Below are positions 52,813 through 64,000 of a stretch of 64,000 bases of DNA, in pieces. Every line of letters starts with the position of its first letter. Position 1 is the stretch's first letter. Source of the DNA: Camelus dromedarius (taxonomy: Eukaryota). The position numbers and the translations under genes were made by a program. The notes beneath the pieces are model-generated. The model saw only the letters and a program-made list of their open reading frames with translations. It ran no database searches and was not told where the DNA came from. The stretch lies in NCBI RefSeq assembly GCF_036321535.1, contig NC_087436.1:34660001-34724000 (forward strand), written 5' to 3'.

Positions 52813-53249
52813 TGCTGTGACTGTTAGCTACCCCCCTTTTAGAAAGAAGGACTTACTCTTCACCTTCTGGGAGTGCGCCATGCAGAGACCCCTCAACTGT
52901 CAGCCCTAATCTGGAGGTGCTTTGTTAAAGAGATCTGCTTCACCCAAGGCAAGCTCACTTCCCCGGGTGGCTCACATTCAAAGATTAATCAATGTGGGAA
53001 TATAAAGCTGAATATCTCTCTCCAATTCATGACAACTCTGAAGGATGATGGTTCAAAATTCAGATCTCTCCATGGGATTCGCTGAGGATTTTGTCGAGAC
53101 CACAGCACAGTCCGCTTTCTCCTCTGTCCAATCCTCTTTCCTCCTCCTCCTTTCCACAACGGTTGGTTCCAGGAGCACCTTTAATACATCTCCTCTTGTA
53201 TGATAACCTCCATTTCAGAATTCACTTCTGGAGAACTCATCCTACAACA
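52813..53249 (+). mobile_element. LTR16A-like 3' LTR
   Basis: ccccttttagaaagaaggactta...cacccaaggcaagctcacttccccggg...gacaactctgaagg...ctccatttcagaattcacttctggagaac. Confidence 0.85.
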
Positions 53250-54671
53250 GATACTAACTGCGGGTCAGAAAAACCCAGCCAGTCTCAGGGAAACAGGAAA
53301 AAGAAGGGGGAAAAAAAGTGGAACCTAAAGTTAATAATCTACTAGAGGAAGAAAGTAGAGTAGCCAAATATATAAATCAAGCTGGGAGTTGTTCTTTTAC
53401 ATTATAACAGTGCAACATTTATGCCAAGGTAGATTCTACCTAAAATCCAAAAATAATAAAGAAATATTTTTTCATTTTCTCCCTCCTTGTTACACTGAAT
53501 AAAGAGTTTATTGAGAGTGTTGGGAAAATAATGGAGACTTTTCTCACACCTGATTGCTCATATATTCATCTAACTATCTGCCTGGGAGTCCTTCTATAAA
53601 ACAAAACAAAACACAACAAAACACTAATTCTATGCTGTCCCAACAGGCAAAAGAATGCACAATCCAACACTGTGCTATTAAAAAATAATTAGAAATATTT
53701 CAGTCAGTTTTTTCTAACCATGTGTTTAAAAAAAAAAAACAGCAACTAAACTAAAACAGATCATATCGTGAGGCACTATTAAATGTATAAACATAATAAA
53801 TTTTCCAATTTCTCTGTAGGTGAAAATAATTCTAACTATCCTACAGAAAGCTCTCATTTGATGCACATTAATCTCAAATAAGCAATAATGATCTGAGCCG
53901 TAGGGAACTCTGGCCATCATAAATGTGTTTGCTCATTAAATTCCCACAAATGCTCTGAAGTTTATTTTAGATTGCATTTTAATTCCAATGAAATAAATTG
54001 TAAAACATTAACTGAATTCGTCTTCTTCAAAAAGTTTACTTGTCTGATATAAAAAATAAGTGTTTTACAATTCAGTTAACAAAGTTTTATTGTAAACTAT
54101 AGACTAAGAATTTTAAGGAGAGGTTTTTTTTCTTGTTATTTACCATTTGGTATTCAAAATTACTTTGTCAAGATAGTAATACTTTATTTTACTAACAAGG
54201 TAATTGAATCTGAAATTCATAAAATAATTAAGGATTGAATTAGTTTCCCATGTGAGAATCTGAGGAAAACACTGTATAAATTTGATTTGCATTTCTTATG
54301 GCATGTTAGGAGATGTTACATATAAAATGTATATATGGGAGAATTTGTATCCGTGGCGTTCAAGCCCAGGAGATGTATTTGCATCTCCTTTGTATTTCTA
54401 GTCTTGCAGGAAATGATTCTTGGCCAATGGTAGAGATACTATAAGGATGCAAATAAAGATGATATTACACTGTAAACTTGCATCATCGGGTATCAGAAGT
54501 AATTAAAGGAGAGATTATATAGAAAATGCCTGACACAGGTCAATACTCAGTAAAGAGTAGGTGGTATTATTATGGCCAAAGTGAGAAACATTTTTAGCTG
54601 GAGAAGAGGGTTTCTTTTTCTTACAAGAACACATTAGATCTAATTAAAAAAAAATCCTTGAGTTTGGACAC

Positions 54672-56470
54672 TTGGCTTCTGCTTGGGATTTAGAAAGGTG
54701 GAAAGAGCAACATTCCCACTATTTCAACAAAACTAATAACAAATAACCTTCAAATTTACAACTTTTCTCAAAGAGCTTAGGTCAGAAGTCAACAAACTAA
54801 GCTAAAATCTTAAGAAAGACAAGTGTCTCAAATGAGCAATGAGACATGAGCCCTTGCTTACCTAAGGCATATAGCACTGGACCCAGAGTGAAGAATTTAG
54901 CTAAAATTTTAATAAAATACTAATGGCAAAGTGCAAGTGATTGAGAGAATATTGAACTTCTAGAAACAGTAGATAAAAGAGGAATTTGCACTCACTGCTG
55001 AAGTTCTCACTGGACACTCACAGGAAGAGCTGGGGGTGGGTGACTATCCTGAGAAGCATCTTGTGATGCAGGCTTAGGGGAGAGGAGCAAACGGCCACTT
55101 CAGGAAAGGCACAAGCTCGTCTGCGTCTTTGTCTACCCCTGCTATAGATCAAAGGCCTTCAACCACTGGGAGAAGGACAAATACACTCTCCCTTAGGCCC
55201 CTGGTGAAAAAACACTGCAGCTCAGGAAAAGGAAGAGTCAAGTCCTCTTTATCCCTGGGGGAGGGGCAGGAATATATGTTGGACCAAGACTTGCAGTTTG
55301 AGATGGGGTAGAATCACCGAGAAGGCTCACCATCAATGCCAGGTACATGGTGCCTGTCTAACGCTTAAGTTAGTCAGAACCACAGAGAACAACGCATCTA
55401 CCACCACCATTCATACAAACTCTCTGGCACAAGTTAACAGGAGTCAAATATCAAGTAACAGTAGTTTACTACTGGGAGGGGAGCAAAAGCATCTAGAGAA
55501 AATTTCTCTGAAGCATGAAGTAAAGGAAAGACTTAAAGATGTGAATGGAAAAGATATCAAGAAAATATCTCAGAAAACCAGTCCCACTTCAAACATAAGG
55601 TAATGCTAGAGAAATTTGAAGTGTGTGGTACACTGAGAATAACCATAGAAGCAAAAAAAGGAAACCACAACCCAGCTCAACTGATTAGATTTCCTAAATA
55701 CTCCAAGAATGGTCCACAGAAGAAAGGGGATTACAAATTAGTTACCTCCATCTCTACTGTCTTGCATTAAACTCCAGGTTTCATCAAAAAGTTACAAGAT
55801 AGGCAAAGAATCAAGAAAGCAAAGACACATTGTTGAGAGGCAAAGCAATTATCAAGACCAGATTCTGCTATGCCACAGATACTGGAAACATTAGACACAG
55901 AATTTAAAATAACTGCTAATAAGATAAGGCCTGCTATTAATATAGTAGAAAAGATGGACAAAATGGATGATTAAGTGAGTAATTTCAGCAGAGATGAAAA
56001 CTGTAAGAAAGTATCAAATGAAAATGCTAGAATAAAAAAACAAAGTAAGAAAGATGAAAGCTGCTTTTGACAGGCACATCAGTAGATTGGCTTAGCTGAG
56101 GAATTAATAAACTTGAAAATAGGTCAACAAATCTACTCAAAGCAAAGCATACACACACATACAAAACAGTGAAATTTAAAAAAAGAAGAAGAGATCATCC
56201 AAGACCAGTGGGATATCAAGTGACCTAATATATGTGGAGTCTCAGAAGGAGAAGACAGAGAGAACAAGGTGGGAAAATAATATTTGAAAAAATTATGGCT
56301 GTCAATTTTCCAAAAATTAATGACAGATACTACACCCCAGATCCCAGGATTTCAGACGATACAAATAGGATAAATATCAAAACAAACAAGAATGACAAAA
56401 AGAAATCTAGGTGTATCTTCTCCAAACCAAAGAGAAATAAAAAAAACTTATAAATGTCAGAGAAAAAAGA
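54672..56470 (+). mobile_element. Old L1 (L1MC/L1M4-like) 5'UTR and ORF1 remnant
   Basis: ggcttctgcttgggatttagaaaggtggaaagagcaacattcccac start; ORF 56232-56453 contains IFEKIMAVNFPKI (ORF1 IFEEIMAENFPKL motif). Confidence 0.8.
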
Positions 56471-56728
56471 CTTCCGAATATGTTAAATATTTGAAAATAA
56501 CACAATACAGTACTATAATATTTTTTATACTAAAGCTTAGGAAATAAATGGAGAAAGGAGACTCATAAAATATGATGCACTACTATCTCGGACTGTCAAA
56601 ACTAGTCATGGCAAAGGTAAAACTTGTCCTTCACTTCAGCAAAATTGGAACTCCAAGTGAATTTCAAAGTTCAGTAGCAATGTATTATGCCTCCTTCTGG
56701 TATATAAGCAGGAGCACATGGTAGAACG

Positions 56729-56848
56729 CACACACACACACACACACACACATACATAAACACACACACACACATAAACACACACATACACACACACATA
56801 AACACACACATAAACACAGACACACAGACACACAAACACACACACACA

Positions 56849-56891
<43 letters not shown>

Positions 56892-56892
56892 A
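56729..56892. repeat. Compound (CA)n microsatellite, ~165 bp
   Basis: Read directly; interrupted by TAAA, TA and GA units. Confidence 0.98.
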
Positions 56893-59384
56893 TCAGAATA
56901 TTTCACTCTTTGGAATCTCAAATTGTGATTCATAGCAGCTGAGTGATTTTATTCCTGACAGCAATTCAATTTATATTCCATTCGGCGGAATTCATTTTGA
57001 AGCATGGAAACAAAGCCAATTTCAGTTTGGACTGCTTCTAAGCGAAGGGAAAGAAATCATAGCTATTCATAAAGCACATAAGATTGAGAAACAATGAACA
57101 ACACTATTTTGCAAGTTTAAAGAGAATTGTTTTGTGAACAATCTGTAAAGCTGGTTCTATTGCAATAACTCCCATGTATAGCACATTTACACTATTTTAT
57201 TTTATTTCATCTCTAATCCTGCCAATAATAATAAAACAGAAATACTATAATTTCATGCTCTATTTGGAACGCTACTGATGAAGTACACAAACAGTGGCAA
57301 CATTTCAAAGGTACATGTGAATTAAAGTCATGTGTTTCCACAGAAAAAAAATATAAAACTTTAAGATGTGCTGTTGTTTACGTGCCTTAGCACAAGCTGG
57401 AAAGACACACGACATAATTTTTTATGGGAAACAGTTGTTTACATTATCTAGATTTCAATTTGGTATTAAATCTTGTGGAAACATAAAGAAGGAATACTAA
57501 AGAACAAAACTAGAGACAATCTAACATATAGCCTTTTAACCCGGGTTCATTCATGTCCCTTCAATAGACAGACAGATTTTTGGTCTCTAGTGTTACGGCC
57601 ATTCATTGTCATCAAACATTACCGTTCTTAGGAAAAATGAAAGCCATCAAAGACAATGAACAGCATAGAATTTTATTCTCTGGAGAGCAATGTCATCAAA
57701 GGATTATAATAACATCTTTTTCAAGTGTAAAATAAATATGTACTATTAAGATTGAACCATATTAATCTTTAGCACTGTTGAGCAATATGACAATGAAAAG
57801 GGATTTTTTTTTTAATAACATACTATTGGAGAAGATGACCTCCACAAGGTTATAAGTCTTTAGCCTTGGACCTCATGTCCCCCAGTTCTCCCTTTCATGT
57901 CACCAGATTAAAGACAACAGATTTAGGAACATTGATTGCCCATTTGCCTCAGCAGATGGGACTTTGGAAGTTCAAAATCTCAATGTCAGGAAAGAGTCTG
58001 GGGCATTTTGAATTCAGCAGGCTAGAATTACTATTAACAAATTAATCCAGTTTCCAGATTTTATGCTTTTATTTATGCTTCAGTTAACTAAAAACATATG
58101 AATTCAGATTATATCTTCAGTGTTCCCCAAATTATTGCTAAAAATCAACTGACAGTTCTAAGACAGATTTCTTCACTGTTGTTCAAGGCTATGCTTGTAT
58201 TTCTAGAATTGTTTGCTATTGTTTTAAGGTTTTTTCACTGATCTTCTCTACACGAAGACATTATTAAGTACCATTCAAGCATATAATGCTCTTGTACATG
58301 ATCTATAAATAAGTTATGCTTAAATGGTTCTGATTATGCCTTTGTATATAATATATAAAGTATACATGAAACACCTCTTAATTCTCTATATAATATACTG
58401 AAATATATTACCAAATACATTTTTATCTGGATCTAGAATATTTCTAAAAGTCACAAATGAAATTATGTCTATAAAGACAAGTAAGACAAATAAAAATAAA
58501 ATAAGTAACATAGAATATTTTTCCAGCCAAAGACTTTAAACACCAATATATAGCTCAATAAAATAATTAATTATCTTAAAGTTCAGCATAAGGACAACAA
58601 ATAAGACTGCTTCAAGGAATTTGGTTCAATGATTTATCAAATAAAACAACTCACATTGAATTTCCTATGGAACAGTATTTAAGAAGCAACGGTATATTAA
58701 ATATGCAATAAAGTTAGAAGATATTATCTACCATTGAGACTTTTTAAAAGATAATTTTATTACATCAAATTTAAGAAGATTTGGTATTTTTGTTTTAATA
58801 AGATTATGATTTATCTAAGGTATTTTAATTTAATTTAAAATAAAGTACTCACTTTACAACTAGCAATATATAGACTTTCTGAGACACATGAGAATTTATG
58901 GCATAGTACTGTCTATTAAGCTGCCTAATACCAAATAGAGAAAGCCTTGGGTTCTTGAGTCCTTGATTGGATAATAGATATGTTTACTCATCCCCTCCCA
59001 CCAAAAAAAGAAAAAAAATATATATATATATAAAATTGAATACTGTATACAGTGACAAATATCCTTAAATATGCAGCAAATATTAAAATAATGATTTCAA
59101 GCTCTTATGTATAACTACATCACAATTAACAGTTCATAAATTTTCTTCTCTATAATCTAACATGCCTCACTGTTCAATAATATGTTTAAAAATGAAAATA
59201 CTTTTGGAATAGAGCTAAGAATCAATTAATTAAACTTAACACATTTAATTTATGTATATAATTCAGAAATTTACTTAATCAAAAATTAAACACTTTCCCT
59301 CAAAGGATCTTTTTATTAAATTAACAGCATGATGATTTCAACTCATTTTATTGATTTAGAAGACAAATTGACTAACTGTATTTG

Positions 59385-59743
59385 ATTCAGTATTATCATT
59401 TAGCAAATTTTCACTCCCACTGAATGACTTTCATGGGAGAAGTACACGTTCCCATTACATTCATATTGGGCTAGACCATGTGCTTTGGCCAATAAAATAT
59501 GGGCAGATGTGACAGTGTGTGTGTGACAGTGTCTGTAACAGTTGTGAGCATTGCTTGTTTCTACTTACCCATCTGGGAGCTTCTAACTCCCACCAAACGA
59601 AGCCTGCAACCTAGGGAGCCCCTGCCCCACCACTGAGTGAGTCACTCAAGCCAATCAACATACACACGAGTAAAAATACTTACCGCTATATGCGCTAAGA
59701 TATTTTTTAGTTGTCTCTGATGTAGCAAACGCTGACCAGTTCA
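59385..59743 (+). mobile_element. MLT1H-like MaLR LTR
   Basis: accatgtgctttggccaataaaatatgggcagatgtgacagtgtg...gtagcaaacgctgac. Confidence 0.75.
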
Positions 59744-59744
59744 C

Positions 59745-61290
59745 TAACCAGAAAGTGTAGTAATAATTAAGATATTGTTCACAATAACAACAAAATACAT
59801 TGTTTTTACAAATTAACTTACAGAAAGATATATGAAAACTCCATCAGAAAGATCTTTTTAATGTAAAATCAAAGATGGTGCTCTGAATAAATGAATGGCA
59901 TTGCACACTCTTTTTTTTTTTCATTGCACGCTCTTGACTTAAAAATTGTAAAGATAACAATTCCGCCCAAATTAAAATGCACATTCAGTATAATCTAAAT
60001 AAGAATTTGAGTTAGTTTTTAAACAACAAGATACTTATTGAAATTGAAATTACCATTCTGTCAATAACTAAATCAACCTTTTTAAAAACTAGAATAAAGA
60101 ACAGAAAGGTATATTATTGGAAGAGAGTCATTTAGAAATACATCATTGTATATATAACAACTTACTGTAAGAGAAAAATGACATCGCACATCAATGCAAG
60201 AAGGACACATCATGTAGAAGAGTCTGGGGGGTGGGAAGAGAGGAGGGAAAGCGCTCCCTACACAAAGAAAAATAAAATAAGAATCCAATCTAACACTACA
60301 TGTGAGGGAGCATTCTAGGCAAAAGAAATATTGAAGTGAGAAAAGGAAATAAACACAAGAAATTCAGATAAATGTCCTTATGACTTAGCAGCAGTGAAAG
60401 TATTCTTAAATAAAATTTCAAAAGCACATAAGGCAAGAAAGCAATTATTTCATTAGACTTAAATAAAGTTATCCTTTCAAGGAAAGACACCAGGAAAAAT
60501 GAACACACCAACGAAAGAATGGATCAAGATATTTTTAATATCTGAAACAAACAAGTGACTAATTTCCAGATATACAAGGAGCTTCTGAAAAACAAGAAAA
60601 GGCAGTAAACCTCATAGAAAAGTAGTAACAGCTATAAACAGGTAATTCACAATCAAGGGAACACAAAAGGGCAACATGCAAAAAAGTGCCCTTCAAAATC
60701 AGTTGCAATCAGAAACATGTATATTAAAAATAGCTGTCATTTAAAAATAGTACACAGGAAAAAACAGAGAGCTGGATAATTTCAACTATTGGAGAAATGT
60801 GGTGATATAAGAACCTCATACATTGCTAGTGGGAGGATGGGCTGGCACAGCCTTGCTGGAGAGAATCTGTCGATACTTAGGCCAATAAAGTGTAGACATA
60901 ACCTATGATAAAGTCTTTCTCCTCCTATAAACTCAAAGAAATTCTCACACAAGTAGGCAAAGACAATCTGCCAGGATGTTTATCACAGCATTATGTATAG
61001 CAGCTGGGAGTTAGAGGCAACCTGGGTGTCTGTCACTAGGAGAAAAAAAACAAACAAAATGTCTGGATGAACAGGCGTTTACACAACAAATAGAAGTAAC
61101 AGATCAATGTGTAGATTGCAACAGGAATGACTATCAAAAACATTGTGCTTAGATGAAAAGAAAATGAGATCTATCTTATGATAACGTTCAAAAAAATCAA
61201 AATACCTGCACACAAAACAAACACACATATTCTGTAAAAACATACATGGGGAAAAGAAAAAAGATGTACGTTAAACACAATAATATGGTG
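59745..61290 (+). mobile_element. L1ME-like ORF2/3'UTR remnant
   Basis: gactaatttccagatatacaaggagcttctg...gaacctcatacattgctagtgggag...ggatgtttatcacagcatt...caacctgggtgtctgtcactagg. Confidence 0.75.
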
Positions 61291-61292
61291 GT

Positions 61293-61797
61293 TGTTTCAG
61301 CTGTCTTTTGCTGAGTAACAAAACTGCTCTAAAATTTAATCAACAACAATTCCTCATTTTGCTCACAAATCTGAGTCAGGAGCTCAGCTACGGCTTGAGT
61401 AGGTGACCCCTGTGCCTACTTCTTACACATGGAAGGTGTTAGAAGTATTATATTAATAGCTGGGTTGTTCTCTAGGGCCAAGACCTATCCTTTCACATTT
61501 TCAACACCTTGGCCAAGACACCAGAAGGTGTGGCTCCACTGGGATGCTCTCCTGTTCAATTGTACACTCAGGCCTGTCTACATGGTTTCTCCAGCAAGGT
61601 AGATGGATCATAAGAGCAAGACAGATGCTGCCAGTACTCTTAAAGCTAGTCCAGGAGTTTGTGTTGCATCACTTTCGTCATAGTTGCAGTCACTTAGTTG
61701 GGATCACATAGTTGCTCTTGGACCAGGTAAGGAGAAGGAGACCCCATCTTTTGATGGGAGACGTGCCACAGTATTTATAATCATCTTTATTCAGTCA
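61293..61797 (-). mobile_element. MLT1 (MaLR) LTR nested in the L1ME
   Basis: ttgctgagtaacaaaactgctctaaaattta...tttgctcacaaatctg...gaccccatcttttgatgggag. Confidence 0.78.
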
Positions 61798-61799
61798 TT

Positions 61800-62235
61800 G
61801 TTGCTCACAGAGGAAGAGAAATGGGAGTACGATATGGAGATAAAAGGGAATATAACCATTAAATAAAAGGGGTCTGCAAAAAAAAAATGATAATGTGCCA
61901 TGAACTGATGGATTTCTATCCGATATTTTAAAAAATCAGACTCAGATTTTAAAGGATGTAGAGTCCTATAATGCTGTGTTTGTCTGCAGTCTAATCATTT
62001 ATTTCAGTCCATTCTCTTCTACTAAATATTATGACCAGTACTTCCCTGGTAATTGTAATATATGTTTTAATAGGCTAGCCCTGGTCAGGATGACAATGTC
62101 TCCTTAAATTTTTCAGATTGGAGCAAATATTGCAAAATCTCCATTTATGTTAGACCTGAGTGGTGATTATATGGGCATAGGTGATATGATTTTAATATTT
62201 TCCTATGAATTAGAGATATTTCATAATTTAAAAAG
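61800..62235 (+). mobile_element. L1ME-like 3' terminal fragment
   Basis: ggagcaaatattgcaaaat...ctgagtggtgattatatggg...gagatatttcataatttaaaaa. Confidence 0.55.
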
Positions 62236-63069
62236 TAACACCTATCATTAGAAATAGTCACCTGGGAAAAAATACCAATGTTTTGAATGGGTAAACAACT
62301 TCAAAATTCTGAAGGAAAAACGGTTAATTCAGTTAAAACTGTCTCTAAATCTAAATAGAGGTGCAGCTACAGTTTATTTAAAAAAAGCAATTTGCGCACT
62401 CATTTTCCTCTGCTTAACACGGATTATAAAAACAAACCATTGTTTTAGATTTTTTTTTGAGAAATAAAAACATAACTCTTTTTTAGAAGGGTATAATCTA
62501 TAGATAACACTATAAAACATGATTTCATTGTTGAATCTAGAATTTTGCATTTAAATGTTAAGAAATAGCAACAAAGTCTAAAGAAGGCATTTATTACAAT
62601 GATAGACATTTTTTTAGTCAGTCATTTTGTGTGTATCCAACACCTACTATATTCAAGGCAATTAAAAAAGCCTCTGGAATCTGTAATCAACTAGCGATAT
62701 GAAGTTAGGGGATCCTTTCCAAGTCTCTACATAATGGGAGTTGGACTGAAAATTTCCTAGGGTCTTTTCCACAAAAAAAGTTTCATCTTTGATAAGAAAT
62801 CTTATCAGAACTAACAGTAAAATTAAAGGTAGTATATGATAAAGTCACAAATTAGACCATCTGGTAATAAATATATGTTATCCCAGTGGAGGCTGATATT
62901 GGAGCAGGAGAGATAGGAGAGAGGAGGTGAAAATTGACCTAGAACTTGAAAAATGGCATATTTGAGTAGGTACAGAGGAAGAAGTACTTAAAGTTAAATA
63001 AACGTCATGAGAAGGCTAAGGAATCAGTAATGAAGAGTTACCTGGGGCAGAGTCAACAAATCAATTTTG

Positions 63070-63400
63070 AGTAGACAGACATTGCAACTGGAGGCTGAGT
63101 CCTACCTTTGGTTTTGTTTGGCAAGCAGAGTAGTTTTCAAATATTTGCTAGTTGCCCACATCTCTAAAAAAAAAAAACGAGAGAGAGAGAGACTTTACCT
63201 AGACAATCTCTGTCTAAAAATTATCTGACAAAATTGGCCCTATTTCCCACATGATAAAAATCTGCTGAAACTTAGCAGATTAGATGGAACATTCACTCTG
63301 CAGTTGCCCACAGTTCCTACTGACTTTTATTACACTCAACAGGTTTTATTTATCTATAAACCATGAGTGGCCTTATAGAAATTTCAGTATGTCAAAGCCA
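63070..63400. mobile_element. MER102-like hAT-Charlie element within L2-like sequence
   Basis: ggttttgtttggcaagcagagt...tctgacaaaattggccctatttcccacatg...cagttgcccacagttcctactgac. Confidence 0.6.
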
Positions 63401-64000
63401 TAGAAAAGTTTCATTTTTAAGAAGTTATAGATGTTACAATTGCCAGGCTGTAAAATTTGAATTTCATCTTATGAAATTTTACTACACACAGTTTTAAACC
63501 AGAGTTTAAAGAGTCTCTGTTTTTGAAACACTTCTTTGAATATTAAAATTAGCTCCAGTTAGGTACCTGAAAATGCTAGAATCAAAGAGAAGTCTGCTCA
63601 GGAACTGGGAAAAGACTAAGCCATGAGCCAAGAAGGAAGCTGGTTTTAAAGGATCATTGTTTTCTTAAGAGGTGGGAGAAAAATATGACACTAGGGTAGT
63701 AAAGTGCAAATTTGGGTTGAGGCTGAATTTGAGAGTAGATATAAAGACTGTCTACTCATATTGCTAGGTTAGAGATTGGGTTCTCCACACACTATTACTC
63801 TGATTATCGGCCTGTCACTGTCAACTGTTGGCTCCTCAAAAGACCACCAGCAAAGGAAAGGTCGTTGTCCTTACCTTGTCATGGGGAGGGGGGACCATGG
63901 TGACAGTCTCTTAGAAGGTCTTAATGTGGAAAATTAGGACATTAGCCTTGGTGATGTTAAGGTGAGCCTCACAAGGAGAGAACTGGTTGAGCTTGTGTAC

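Noticed and set aside
56636..56933. Cys/Val-rich ORFs
   Set aside because: Translations of the (CA)n repeat.
1..64000. CRISPR array, operon or other prokaryotic system; CpG-island promoter
   Set aside because: Sequence is mammalian, with no regularly spaced repeats, no long ORFs and no CpG island seen.

Overview
AT-rich, CpG-depleted mammalian DNA that looks intronic or intergenic. A tRNA-derived SINE resembling camelid Vic-1 (30177-30350) and camelid-type L1 3' ends suggest a camelid genome. A large fraction is decayed interspersed repeat (L1, L2, MIR, MaLR/ERVL/ERV1 LTRs, hAT DNA transposons) plus microsatellites. Subfamily names are from my memory of consensus sequences, not a search, and most boundaries are approximate. 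I recognise no known protein-coding exon, and most of the ORF track is noise. I found no convincing new biological system. The best leads are: (1) a 361-bp TSD-flanked element joining the start of an L1 5'UTR to the L1 3'UTR at an apparent splice junction; (2) an old L1MD that keeps both ends but lacks almost all coding sequence; (3) a speculative two-exon 140-aa minus-strand ORF; (4) a perfect 15-bp-stem hairpin of pre-miRNA size; (5) a pure (GAA.TTC)77 tract; (6) a diverged ~185-bp local duplication carrying splice-like signals.
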